A stretch of 19,848 nt of DNA from a virus (taxonomy: Duplodnaviria > Heunggongvirae > Uroviricota > Caudoviricetes), in the IMG/VR virus record IMGVR_UViG_2529293069_000013; one strand, given 5' to 3'. Below the pieces are notes generated by a model, which saw nothing but the letters and a program-made list of their open reading frames with translations, did not search any database and was not told the origin of the DNA. A program made the translations under genes and the position numbers. Below are positions 1 through 8,309 of the stretch, piece by piece; the first letter of the stretch is position 1, and each line of letters begins with the position of its first letter.

Positions 1-222
1 ACGTAACACGCGGGTTTCACCACCGCGATGACGCAGCACTTTTCCTTCAACAACCGGGGAGACATAGGCCGCCACCGGCGTTTTTCCGGTAATTTTGTCC
101 AGCATCACCTCTTCGGTATGGAAATTCACCGTACGGCGGAAAAACAGCTCCAGAAACAGCGCACGAAATTTCACTTTTTGTTCGGTATAACCGAGTAACT
201 GGCGGGTCGTAAACAATCCCAT
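1..222 (-). CDS. E: Major capsid protein E, N-terminal 74 codons (gene continues beyond window start)
   Basis: ATG at 222..220 preceded by AAGGAA RBS; translation MGLFTTRQLLGYTEQKVKFRALFLELFFRR... resembles the lambda gpE N-terminus (MSMYTTAQLLAANEQKFKFDPLFLRLFFRE); lies directly downstream of D as in lambda. Confidence 0.85.
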   Translation of the reverse strand, partial: MGLFTTRQLLGYTEQKVKFRALFLELFFRRTVNFHTEEVMLDKITGKTPVAAYVSPVVEGKVLRHRGGETRVLR

Positions 223-250
223 AAATCAGTTCCTTTCATTCAGAAATCAG

Positions 251-272
251 TCAGGCCACCGCGGTGGCCTGA
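251..272. repeat. Perfect 22-bp palindrome TCAGGCCACCGCGGTGGCCTGA in the D-E intergenic spacer
   Basis: Sequence equals its own reverse complement; sits between the D stop (280-282) and the E RBS. Confidence 0.8.
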
Positions 273-279
273 TAACGTG

Positions 280-627
280 TTACGGCAGCGCCGCGTGACT
301 CAGGGCACTGCCGGCAAAGGCATTTGCCTTTTTGTGTTCATCCACACTTTCAGGCCAGCGGATTGCCTCCGTCGCAAAGGTCCCCGACTTGTAATAGGTC
401 AGTACCGTCTCTGTGCCTTCAAGCGGCAGTACCAGTATGCCAACTGCACTACCGGCTTTCTGTCCGTCCCAGACCACCAGTTTCCCGCTGGCTTCATCCA
501 GCATCAGGGGCGTCAGTGCCGGTGTTGCCGAGGAAATCCCGCTGCTGCCTGTGGCGGTATGAGCCGGATCATTACCGGCAAAAATACGTACTTCCGCACG
601 CTGTTCAGTGATGTTTTTCGTTACCAT
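280..627 (-). CDS. D: Head decoration protein D
   Basis: 115-aa ORF with AGGAGG RBS; motifs DPAHTAT, TPLMLD, KLVVWDG, AVGIL, YKSGTF, AFAG shared with lambda gpD. Confidence 0.9.
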   Translation of the reverse strand: MVTKNITEQRAEVRIFAGNDPAHTATGSSGISSATPALTPLMLDEASGKLVVWDGQKAGSAVGILVLPLEGTETVLTYYKSGTFATEAIRWPESVDEHKKANAFAGSALSHAALP

Positions 628-663
628 ATTGTAAAAACCTCCTGTTGATGGTCAGCACTGACT

Positions 664-2169
664 TCATGGCATGGCCATGAGCATTTTCACGTCCGCATCA
701 CCGTCTGCTGACGTCTGTGGCACGCCACCCTGTACCGCAGCCGGTGAATGGTTCGCCATGATGCGTTCAAACAGGGCGGTTGTGGATGCAGAGACCGGTT
801 CTGCCTTACCTGATCCCGCAGCCAGCACAGCCCGGGCGCTCTCCACAGTCATTCCCGGGCAGGCAGCCAGCTGTTCAGCCTGCGCCTCAGCCCCTTTTGC
901 CTCATCCAGTGCCATGATCTGATCACGGAGTGAGGGTCCGGCATCCGCCTGCGGTGAAGCAGCCAGGATCGGGCGGGCTTTTTCCACCGTCATCTCCGGC
1001 ATCGCCGCCAGCGTTGCCGCCAGTTGTTCACGACCGTTCGCGTCTTCACACGCCATAATGCGATCGGCTTCACTCTGCGTGGATGCCACCGGCTGCTGCG
1101 GTGCCGCCGCAGCCAGAATCGCCCGGGCCTGTTCAACGCTCATGCCCTGTTGTCCTGCCAGCATCGTGGCAAGCTGTTCACGTCCTTTCGCTTCCTGGCA
1201 TGTCAGGATCCCCATCACTCGCTGGTTCTCCTGCGCGGCGGCTTCCGTTGCAGTTAATTGCGGCATAGTGCCTCCTCTGACATTACTGTTCAGCGCCGTG
1301 GCCATCACACTGATGGCATCCGACGCATTGACTAATTCATCCGCCAGCCCGGCATCAATGCCGGACTGACCTTCAAAAACGGCGGCCTCTGTTCCCGTGA
1401 CGGCATCAACAGACAGACCGGTAAACATCGCCACTTTTTCGGCAAACATCCGGCGCGCCGCATCAATGCGCTGCTGCATGTCCTGGCGAACCTCTGCCGG
1501 TAAGGCTTCAAACTGATTGCCATCCACCTTGTGCGCCCCTGAGTAAATCAGCGTGATATCCACACCGGCCTGCGCCAGATGACCGGCATAGCTGACATGG
1601 CTCATCATCACGCCAATGGAGCCGATACGGGATGTCTGGGTAACCAGCCGTCGGGAGCAGGCCGACGCCAGCAGCATGGCTGCAGAACAGGCCGTGTCAT
1701 TGCACAGTGCCCAGACCGGCTTCTGCTGACGGAGGCGGTAAATCATGTCAGCGCAGTCAAACGCGCCGGCGGCCTGCCCGCCCGGACTGTCAATGTCCAG
1801 CAGTACGCCCCGCACCTGGCTATCCGCCATTGCCTGCTGAAGACAGGCGACAATGCCGTCATAGCCTGTCATTCCGGAAAATGGCCGCATACCCCCCAGC
1901 CGGTGCACCAGCGTGCCGGTCACCGGCAGTACAGCAATACCGTTCACCACCCGGTAAACACGGGCCGGTCGTTTACCTCCGGCCATGTACTCGTCCGTTT
2001 CAGCCAGCATTCCGGGAGCATCAAGCTGTACCTGCTGCTGTGGTACCGAAAGACTTGCTGCCCCCATCTCGCGCCCGAGCGCGCAAAAGAAAACCCGCGC
2101 ATAGGCGGGCTCCAGAAGCAGCGGTTCATTGAATGCTGCGGCAATAATGTGTGAAAGATTACGTCTCAC
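664..2169 (-). CDS. C: Prohead protease / minor capsid protein C (S49 peptidase) with a C-terminal Nu3-like scaffold region carrying three tandem repeats; GTG start
   Basis: 501-aa ORF; N-terminal 300 aa align with lambda gpC (AFNEPLLLEPAYARVFF, VLLDIDSPGG, KPVWALCNDTACSAA, GSIGVMM, SGAHKVDGN); start codon at 2169..2167 is GTG, preceded by AAGAGGAG. Confidence 0.9.
   Translation of the reverse strand: MRRNLSHIIAAAFNEPLLLEPAYARVFFCALGREMGAASLSVPQQQVQLDAPGMLAETDEYMAGGKRPARVYRVVNGIAVLPVTGTLVHRLGGMRPFSGMTGYDGIVACLQQAMADSQVRGVLLDIDSPGGQAAGAFDCADMIYRLRQQKPVWALCNDTACSAAMLLASACSRRLVTQTSRIGSIGVMMSHVSYAGHLAQAGVDITLIYSGAHKVDGNQFEALPAEVRQDMQQRIDAARRMFAEKVAMFTGLSVDAVTGTEAAVFEGQSGIDAGLADELVNASDAISVMATALNSNVRGGTMPQLTATEAAAQENQRVMGILTCQEAKGREQLATMLAGQQGMSVEQARAILAAAAPQQPVASTQSEADRIMACEDANGREQLAATLAAMPEMTVEKARPILAASPQADAGPSLRDQIMALDEAKGAEAQAEQLAACPGMTVESARAVLAAGSGKAEPVSASTTALFERIMANHSPAAVQGGVPQTSADGDADVKMLMAMP
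818..1260. repeat. Three tandem ~141-150-bp repeats inside the C/Nu3 coding region, each encoding one RIM..EAKGREQLA..PGMTVE.AR.ILAA unit
   Basis: DNA copies begin at 818, 959 and 1109 (gcagccag..cgggc..); the protein shows three successive copies of a motif that I recall as single-copy at the lambda C/Nu3 C-terminus. Confidence 0.6.
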
Positions 2170-3706
2170 GGGGTGTTGTCTCCTCTTCCGGCCTGCGACT
2201 CTCCGCTATCTGCTGCTGATACGCCTGCGCTATCCACACCGGACGTGAGAGTCCGGCTTTTTGCCGCTCTGCAGATTCCCTGACCTGCTGGCGGAAAATG
2301 TCCTGATAATCCTCGCCCATCAGCGCCAGCTCTTTCTCATACGTGCTCAGTCCGGCCTCAATGCGCATCACCGATTCCTGAACCTCCTTGAGCCCGTCAA
2401 TGGCCATTCTTCCGGCTCCAATCCACTCTGCCCGTGACCAGGCTGATCGCGCCTGATAAAAATCAAAACGTGCCCGTGGCGGACGAATAATCCCCCGAAG
2501 AAGTGCCTCTTCCAGCCAGCAGGAAAACATCTGCGTGGCCAGCCGGGCCGCAATAAATTTTCGCCGCCCCATAAAATAGCGCCACGACTCATTGGCGGAG
2601 GCGCGGGCACTTGAGTAACTGACCTTCGAGTAATCACGGGACAACTGTTCGTAGGAAACGCCAAGACCGGCGGCGATATACCGCAGCAACGCCTGTTCAA
2701 GCGCAGAAAATCCATTGTCTGAATCCTGCGCAGTCTGTAGTTTCAGATCATCACCAGGGAAAAGGTGCGGAATTTTGACACCGCCCAGTGTCACGTTATT
2801 CGTGTCATACCAGCTGGAGAACTTCTCCAGAATATTAATAAGCGGATTATCTTTCTGCTCCTGTGGCGCGCCGGCGATATATTCAAAGGCCTTTTCGGTA
2901 TCAAGTTCACTTTCAATCGTCGCTGCATACATCGCCTTCACTATGGCCGACTGAAGCTGTGTTGCCTGCAGGGAATCGAGCATCTTCAGCCGTTCCATGA
3001 CGCTGTAAAACTGGTTGGCCCCACGGGTCTGCCCGTCCTCCACCGGCTCGAAAATATGCAGCATGGCCGGACGCCCGGTGGGAAGTTCACGCGGGATCCG
3101 TTCCCATCGTCCACTCCCGGAGAACGGAAAATCATCCTCACAGATATGGTACGCAACGGCACGGCCATATCGATCGACCTCCACCCCGGCCCGCAGAAAA
3201 CGGTTCCCCATACCGTGTCCTGGCGTGTCCACCCGTTTCGGACTCACGGCTTTAAAACGCGTACGGAATAACTGCGTGGTTTCCGTATCCCAGACCGGCT
3301 GCACAAAGATTTCGCCGTTAAACGCATGAACGCCCACACCTTCACGGATAAATTCCGTGAACGTGCGTTTTCCTTCCACGTCGATCTCGCCAGACATCCC
3401 TTCGGCGTATTCCGACCAGGCCGCCTCCACCTCATCGACAAAGCTTTTTGCTGCGGTCTCCCGCATCCCCAGCCAGCGCCAGTTCGGACGGTAGCTGATC
3501 AGAAACATATGCCCGACAATGTGATCCTTATGCAGAGCCACCGCATTAGCCGCTATTCCGTTATTGCGCACCAGATCATCTGCCCGGGCATTCCCCAGAC
3601 GCAACGCGGGCAGCAGGGCCGCATCGGCACTCTGCGCCGGTGGCAACCACTCAGCCATTTGCCCGCCAAATACCTGCACCGCCCCCGTTGTAGCTGAGAC
3701 TCTCAC
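2159..3706 (-). CDS. B: Portal protein B. The track ORF starts at GTG 3706; the lambda-like N-terminus (ATG 3752..3750) is in another frame, so there is an apparent frameshift near 3668-3670
   Basis: 515-aa ORF aligns with lambda gpB over most of its length (AALLP..GNARADDLVRNNG, FEPVEDGQTRGAN, AMYAATIESELDT, GLGVSYEQLSR). The ATG overlapping the W stop encodes MKRTPVLIDVNGVPLRESLSYNGGGAG, matching the gpB N-terminus, then hits TGA at 3653-3651. Confidence 0.85.
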   Translation of the reverse strand: MRVSATTGAVQVFGGQMAEWLPPAQSADAALLPALRLGNARADDLVRNNGIAANAVALHKDHIVGHMFLISYRPNWRWLGMRETAAKSFVDEVEAAWSEYAEGMSGEIDVEGKRTFTEFIREGVGVHAFNGEIFVQPVWDTETTQLFRTRFKAVSPKRVDTPGHGMGNRFLRAGVEVDRYGRAVAYHICEDDFPFSGSGRWERIPRELPTGRPAMLHIFEPVEDGQTRGANQFYSVMERLKMLDSLQATQLQSAIVKAMYAATIESELDTEKAFEYIAGAPQEQKDNPLINILEKFSSWYDTNNVTLGGVKIPHLFPGDDLKLQTAQDSDNGFSALEQALLRYIAAGLGVSYEQLSRDYSKVSYSSARASANESWRYFMGRRKFIAARLATQMFSCWLEEALLRGIIRPPRARFDFYQARSAWSRAEWIGAGRMAIDGLKEVQESVMRIEAGLSTYEKELALMGEDYQDIFRQQVRESAERQKAGLSRPVWIAQAYQQQIAESRRPEEETTPRET

Positions 3707-3748
3707 GAAGCGGAACGCCGTTCACATCAATCAGGACAGGCGTTCGTT

Positions 3749-3955
3749 TCATAACCTCACTCCCAGCGGACGACGGCGACGCCGGGTTGTCCCCAGTACC
3801 GACTCCGCATCATTGATCGCCCGGTTAAGCTCATCCAGAGAAGCCGCCGTATATTCAATTCTGCGACCATCTTTCTGGACAGACACCACCCGTTTACCGG
3901 TTAATAAATCAAGGCGCGCCTGACGCAGCGCCTGCAGTTCAGCGACTGTAACCAT
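3749..3955 (-). CDS. W: Head-tail joining protein W
   Basis: 68-aa ORF; TGKRV.SVQKDGRRIEYTA and the C-terminal RRRR.P motif resemble lambda gpW; its stop overlaps the portal ATG (ATGA). Confidence 0.85.
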   Translation of the reverse strand: MVTVAELQALRQARLDLLTGKRVVSVQKDGRRIEYTAASLDELNRAINDAESVLGTTRRRRRPLGVRL

Positions 3956-5867
3956 TCACTCCTCCGGACAGCTTCGCTGCCAGTTCTTTCAGGGTTGGCC
4001 GGGTCGTCTCTTCTTCCCGGGATTTTGCCAGTACAGCCAGATCAAGCTGCCAGCGTTGCACGGACACACGTAATGCCGCGTAGGCATACACCAGGCAGTC
4101 CAGCGCTTCGTTACGCCGCTTTTTGTTATCCCACAGCAGACGCATCTTTCCTTTTTCCCACTTCTCCACCAGCTCTTCCGCCACCAGTTGCTGCGCCTCT
4201 GTCTGCGAAAAAATCTCCGGATCATCAGGAAAACGGATGGCATACGACGTGGCTTCATCCGCAGGCGTGGGATCGGCTTTCATACGGGCATAGAGAATTT
4301 CTTTTGCGGTGTCCGTTCCCACTTCACACAGATACACGCCCCGCTGATTGCGGGTTTTCGGCATGGTGATCACCGGCTTGCCATAGACAGACGCGCCTTT
4401 TACCGGCAGCACCCGGAAAACACCGTAGTTTTTTTGATCTCTGATAACAATTTCACCATCGATCCCCCCGGTGTCCCAGCAGACACGGGAAATAGTCATT
4501 TCGGTGCCATCCGCATGGCGGTATTTTTTGTTGATCGCCGCATCCACACGTAACAGCGTCTCTTCCTCATCAGGACGCCCCATAATGATGATTTTATCCA
4601 CCAGAAAGGCTTCCTCTCCCGGAGCCCATCCCCAGACATACATCTCAAAACGGTTTCGCTGCGAGTCAATGCCCGCCGTCAGATAAACCACCCGGGCAGG
4701 CACCGCCGCCGTGTAACGCACCACCTTATCCATCAGTACCTGGTGATCGAGTTTTTCGCCCACGGCCTCTTCCCAGGTCTCGCCCAGCGTGGTGTTCACA
4801 AAGGTTTTCAGGCCGTTGGGATCTTTCAGTGCATCCAGCCAGTCATAGACAATCTGTACCCAGGTGGTGAACGGACTGTACGCCGTCCAGATATGGAACA
4901 TGATGGAGCGCGGCGGCGGAATTTCATCACCCCGGGCGCTGAAAAACGTCAGACCGTCACGGGTCCACATGCCCGTGTTTTCACAGATCCACCGCCCGTT
5001 GCTCTGGTCCAGTTCAGACTGATGGATCACGCAGCCATGATGTTCACAGAGGTAGAAAACACTTTCAGGGCTGTCCTTCTCCCATTTAAGCCCAAAAGGC
5101 GTGGACTCATCGCCAAATTTCAGATACTGCGCCTCCCCACAGTGCGGGCAGGGCACATAAAAACGCATAAAATGCGCCGACTCGTTAGCGGCTTTTTCGA
5201 TCTGGCAGGTGCCTTTGATTTTAGGCGTCGAGCCGCGAATGGATTTTGGCCACACCGACCCCTCAATACGCTTATCCCCCAGCAGGGTTGGCGAGCCCTC
5301 TTTTTCGACATCCGGCTCGAACGAGGAAAGTTCGTCATAGCAGACCACGTCAACGGATTTTTCACGGTAGTTTTTGGCGGCAGCGCCGCCCAGGCACCAG
5401 AAACCGACGCCCGATGAAAAGCGTTTCAGCGTGAGAGTATTGTCACGATGTTTACGACCCAGCCATGGGGAAAGGTCTTTCAGGCATGGCACGTTCCGAA
5501 TCGTCGCCTCCACGTGAGACTTCATAAAATCTTCAGCGGCAGAATCCGTGGGCTGAAAAAGCAGACTGTTTCGGGATTTATGCTCAATAAAATACCCGAC
5601 CACCCCCAGCAACATCTTTGTATAGCCAACACGGGCAGATTTAATCAGATTAACAGTGCGGATCTGATCATTCCCCATACTGTTCATGATGGCGATCTGG
5701 AATGGCAGCGTTTTCCATTCGCCCTCACCATATGAAGATTCTTTAGGCAGATAATAATTTTGATCAGCCCATTCAACTGGCGTCACCGGCAATGCCCTTA
5801 TCAGGGGCTGTAATGCAGTTGTGACAGCGCTCATCATATTATTCAGTTGTTGCTCTGATATATTCAT
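3939..5867 (-). CDS. A: Terminase large subunit A; start taken at ATG 5867 (MNISEQQ...), not the upstream in-frame start at 5924
   Basis: Aligns with lambda gpA throughout (VEWADQNYYLPKES, KRIEGSVWPKSIRGSTPK, ATPase and nuclease motifs); the N-terminus MNIS matches lambda; overlaps the Nu1 3' end as in lambda. Confidence 0.9.
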   Translation of the reverse strand: MNISEQQLNNMMSAVTTALQPLIRALPVTPVEWADQNYYLPKESSYGEGEWKTLPFQIAIMNSMGNDQIRTVNLIKSARVGYTKMLLGVVGYFIEHKSRNSLLFQPTDSAAEDFMKSHVEATIRNVPCLKDLSPWLGRKHRDNTLTLKRFSSGVGFWCLGGAAAKNYREKSVDVVCYDELSSFEPDVEKEGSPTLLGDKRIEGSVWPKSIRGSTPKIKGTCQIEKAANESAHFMRFYVPCPHCGEAQYLKFGDESTPFGLKWEKDSPESVFYLCEHHGCVIHQSELDQSNGRWICENTGMWTRDGLTFFSARGDEIPPPRSIMFHIWTAYSPFTTWVQIVYDWLDALKDPNGLKTFVNTTLGETWEEAVGEKLDHQVLMDKVVRYTAAVPARVVYLTAGIDSQRNRFEMYVWGWAPGEEAFLVDKIIIMGRPDEEETLLRVDAAINKKYRHADGTEMTISRVCWDTGGIDGEIVIRDQKNYGVFRVLPVKGASVYGKPVITMPKTRNQRGVYLCEVGTDTAKEILYARMKADPTPADEATSYAIRFPDDPEIFSQTEAQQLVAEELVEKWEKGKMRLLWDNKKRRNEALDCLVYAYAALRVSVQRWQLDLAVLAKSREEETTRPTLKELAAKLSGGVNGYSR

Positions 5868-6348
5868 CAAGTAAATCCGGTAATTTATCCCCTGCCCGCG
5901 CACACTGATTTGCCCCCTTAGCAATAAGGGTTTTCAGATGGTCAAGATGGCGCGGTGTTAAATCAGGAAACTGTCGCTGCATGGATAAAGGGATGGAATC
6001 AAGCGTACTGGATAACGCCATTGCCAGCTTACTGAGGGCAAAAATACAGAACCCGGTGTCAATCAGTTTTCCTTTTGACACCTCATTTTTTAACTGCTGT
6101 GTAACAGCCTGTTCTGCTGTCAGTTCCCATCTGGCAATAAGCAATTTCTCCTCATAGTCGTCTTCGCTATCGCCATCAGACACATCGTTTTTACTTCTCC
6201 TCAGATACGATATGTAAAAATCGCGCCAGGCATCCAGATCCAGTTGCCCTCGCTTATTCGATATCGGGGCACCCGGCAATTTCTGCAATCTGCGAAGCTG
6301 GCGATCGGTCAGACTTAAATGCCTGGCAACTTCAGTCTGCGTAGCCAC
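5839..6348 (-). CDS. Nu1: Terminase small subunit Nu1-like (GTG start) with a non-lambda N-terminal HTH DNA-binding domain
   Basis: C-terminal half resembles lambda Nu1 (GFCIFALSKLA..LDSIPLSMQRQFPDL..RHLDHLK..LPDLLDEYI); the N-terminal HTH (ATQTEVARHLSLTDRQLRRL) differs from lambda; GTG at 6348..6346 preceded by GAGGTGAGGA; lies about 185 bp from cosN as in lambda. Confidence 0.85.
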   Translation of the reverse strand: MATQTEVARHLSLTDRQLRRLQKLPGAPISNKRGQLDLDAWRDFYISYLRRSKNDVSDGDSEDDYEEKLLIARWELTAEQAVTQQLKNEVSKGKLIDTGFCIFALSKLAMALSSTLDSIPLSMQRQFPDLTPRHLDHLKTLIAKGANQCARAGDKLPDLLDEYIRATTE

Positions 6349-6384
6349 TCCTCACCTCGCAAAAACTCTCACCTCACAATCACA

Positions 6385-6580
6385 ACAAAACCGGTCATGT
6401 CCGGTTTACATGTCTGTTTTTTGTTCATGTCCGGTTCACAGAAGACCTGTTTTTATATTTTTCATATAGTTAACTTGAAGAGAAACCGGACATGGATCCC
6501 GGAAAATTTTCATAAATAGCGAAAACCCGCGAGGTCGCCGCCCCGTAACCGGTCGGATCGCCGGAAAGGACCCACGAAAT
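6385..6580 (-). other. cos: cos site: cosN (12-nt cohesive end GGGCGGCGACCT, plus-strand complement at 6532..6543), cosB with three CATGTCCGGTT repeats, and a cosQ-side flank matching the lambda right end
   Basis: The reverse complement of 6501..6544 is GGGGCGGCGACCTCGCGGGTTTTCGCTATTTATGAAAATTTTCC, identical to the lambda left end. 6545..6575 matches the lambda right-end flank. Repeats sit at 6395..6406 and 6425..6436 (direct) and 6484..6494 (inverted, nearest cosN), with AT-rich DNA between them. Confidence 0.8.
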
Positions 6581-6655
6581 GATAATAATTATCATCTATA
6601 TAAGGTTTATCACAACATGTGTGTACGCCATCAAACCACGAGAAATAATCAATTA

Positions 6656-6688
6656 TGACGCAGGTATCGTATTAATTGATCTGCGTCA
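6656..6688. promoter_or_regulatory. Inverted repeat TGACGCAG-N17-CTGCGTCA upstream of the plus-strand RHH gene (candidate operator)
   Basis: 8-bp perfect inverted arms at 6656..6663 and 6681..6688, 62 bp upstream of the ATG at 6750; RHH proteins typically bind repeated half-sites near their own promoter. Confidence 0.35.
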
Positions 6689-6749
6689 AATTAACGTAAA
6701 AGCAACTTCAGATAATACAAATCAGCAACACTGAATATGGGGAAACATT

Positions 6750-6974
6750 ATGTCATCAAAGAACAGAACCCGCAGAACAACAACCCGCAACATCCGATTT
6801 CCAAACCAGATGATTGAACAAATTAACATCGCTCTTGATCTGAAAGGTTCAGGTAATTTTTCAGCGTGGGTTATTGAAGCCTGCAGAAGAAGATTAATTA
6901 ATGAAAAATATTCTCAATTTGTACCCAACAAAGACAAACACGACCAGAGCACCTGTTCAGACAGGTTTACTTAA
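6750..6974 (+). CDS. Ribbon-helix-helix (Arc/MetJ/CopG-like) DNA-binding protein, 74 aa; the only convincing plus-strand gene in the window
   Basis: RNIRFPNQMIEQINIALDLKGSGNFSAWVIEACRRRL fits the strand / helix A / G-x-N turn / helix B pattern of RHH proteins; followed by a terminator. Confidence 0.6.
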   Translation: MSSKNRTRRTTTRNIRFPNQMIEQINIALDLKGSGNFSAWVIEACRRRLINEKYSQFVPNKDKHDQSTCSDRFT

Positions 6975-6992
6975 ACGACTTATATATGACAC

Positions 6993-7019
6993 AAAAAGCG
7001 ACCACTAAAGTCGCTTTTT
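6993..7019. terminator. Bidirectional intrinsic terminator between the convergent RHH (+) and PerC-like (-) genes
   Basis: AAAAAGCGAC-cactaaa-GTCGCTTTTT: 6-10 bp stem flanked by an A-run on one side and a T-run on the other. Confidence 0.6.
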
Positions 7020-7055
7020 CTTATGGTAACAGGCAATAACTCTCTCAGATATTTT

Positions 7056-7370
7056 TTAGCATTTTTTTGACCGCGCGTTTCCGGACGTATTCTGTTCTCC
7101 TGTCCCTTTATATCGTCGGAATACCCGCCGCTCTTCAAATCCCATTCCCAACTCAGAATGTAGTCTGTTGACCGCTTGTTTTATTTCGGTCAGGTTCACC
7201 GGTGAAACCGGAGTCCGGCGCGCCTTACGCAAACACTCTGCTCGTTTCTGTGCCGCCACTTTTCTTTTCTGGTCATCACTTAGCTGTACCATCACTTTTG
7301 CCCATCGTTCAGCTGCTCTCCGGTACAGTCCTTTTTTCTCCAGACATTCTGCCACGTGATCATGTAGCAT
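7056..7370 (-). CDS. PerC-family (Pch-like) transcriptional activator, 104 aa
   Basis: The N-terminus (LEKKGLYRRAAERWAKVM) fits my recollection of the conserved PerC/Pch N-terminal motif, and 104 aa is the Pch length; strong RBS GGAGGT; located in the moron position between lysis genes and cos. Confidence 0.5.
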   Translation of the reverse strand: MLHDHVAECLEKKGLYRRAAERWAKVMVQLSDDQKRKVAAQKRAECLRKARRTPVSPVNLTEIKQAVNRLHSELGMGFEERRVFRRYKGTGEQNTSGNARSKKC

Positions 7371-7394
7371 AAGTGACCTCCGATTATCTACAGA

Positions 7395-7560
7395 CTGCCA
7401 TCCTGAATTTACCTTCCTTTAATGAAATAACAATAAAAAATAAATCACAGAAAAACAACAAAACAACACACAAAAAAACTAAATAATAAACCCAAATAAT
7501 CACCTTATTTTATTATTTTTTGAGAGAGCTATTACTGAACAAAAAACGCTGACTATATAC
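7395..7560. repeat. AT-rich, A/CA-rich low-complexity intergenic tract upstream of the PerC-like gene
   Basis: Runs such as aataaaaaataaatcacagaaaaacaacaaaacaacacacaaaaaaactaaataataaa; no ORF; typical of horizontally acquired regulatory DNA. Confidence 0.5.
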
Positions 7561-7834
7561 TCAAAACCAAACAACTATTCTGCCAATCAGGTATAATGGC
7601 AACACAAGGAATTACCGTGTTTTTGCCTTCTCTGCCCATACAATACGGACATATACTTCATACTCTATTGTAATATTTCCATCCATGCGAACAACTTCAT
7701 TTATCTGTAAATAATATTCAAAATATTTATCACAGAAATCGTTTTTGGCCATGAACTGAGCACACTATAAAGTCCGGAACTGACTCTTTGTTAAATTACC
7801 TTAACGTTACCAGTAACACCTTCATAACAAAACA

Positions 7835-8302
7835 TCACGGTATACACTGGGTACGGATATATTCCTGTGCTCCTTCCAGTTGCTTCTGCATTGCCATCAG
7901 CCGTTCTCTGAGGATGAAATAATCCCGTTCAGCGGCTTCTGCCAGTCGGGGACCGGTTGCATTATCCACGCCGGAGGTGATGGGGGCTTTACGCAAGGAG
8001 CCTGGACAGTTGGCGTTGATGCGCAGGCGCTTACGACCAGCGGCAACATCAGCACGCAGAGTTTCATTTTCAGCTCTCGCATCGGCTAATTCCCTCGAGT
8101 ATCTGGCATCAAGTGCAGCGACATCACGCTGGCGTACCTGCATATCAGTAATTGTCACGTTCGCCAGCTTCAGCTCACTGGCTTTTTTATCGCGTTGCGC
8201 TTTGTAGGTAATGGCGTTATCGCGGTAATGATTCAGCCCCAGACTAAGCACACCACAGGCTACCAGCAGGACAATAATCACCACACACAGAACACGGTTC
8301 AT
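7835..8302 (-). CDS. Rz: Rz i-spanin (inner-membrane spanin subunit)
   Basis: 155 aa; [56 protein letters not shown] resembles lambda Rz. Confidence 0.85.
   Translation of the reverse strand: MNRVLCVVIIVLLVACGVLSLGLNHYRDNAITYKAQRDKKASELKLANVTITDMQVRQRDVAALDARYSRELADARAENETLRADVAAGRKRLRINANCPGSLRKAPITSGVDNATGPRLAEAAERDYFILRERLMAMQKQLEGAQEYIRTQCIP
7897..8082 (-). CDS. Rz1: Rz1 o-spanin lipoprotein, embedded in the +1 frame of Rz
   Basis: [20 protein letters not shown] (lipobox) ...[27 protein letters not shown] resembles lambda Rz1; the gene is nested within Rz. Confidence 0.8.
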   Translation of the reverse strand: MRELKMKLCVLMLPLVVSACASTPTVQAPCVKPPSPPAWIMQPVPDWQKPLNGIISSSENG

Positions 8303-8309
8303 ATCCCCC

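Noticed and set aside
277-648. Plus-strand ORFs 277..648 and 324..611 overlapping the D gene
   Set aside because: Antisense to the decoration protein gene, which has clear gpD similarity and an AGGAGG RBS; the translations are Cys/Arg-rich nonsense.
1579-2154. Plus-strand ORFs 1579..2154 and 1707..2132 overlapping the C protease gene
   Set aside because: Antisense to the S49 peptidase coding region; GC-rich shadow ORFs.
4743-5417. 224-aa plus-strand ORF (and other plus-strand ORFs at 4188..4553, 5246..5434, 5448..5735) inside the terminase large subunit gene
   Set aside because: They lie antisense to a strongly supported gene (gpA homology across the whole region); the products are low-complexity, Arg/Pro-rich, and lack an RBS. 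Shadow ORFs.
7592-7597. Plus-strand TATAAT hexamer in the AT-rich tract
   Set aside because: No acceptable -35 element at 16-18 bp and no downstream plus-strand gene; the hexamer overlaps an ATG of a 25-codon ORF without a convincing RBS. Probably chance in AT-rich DNA.
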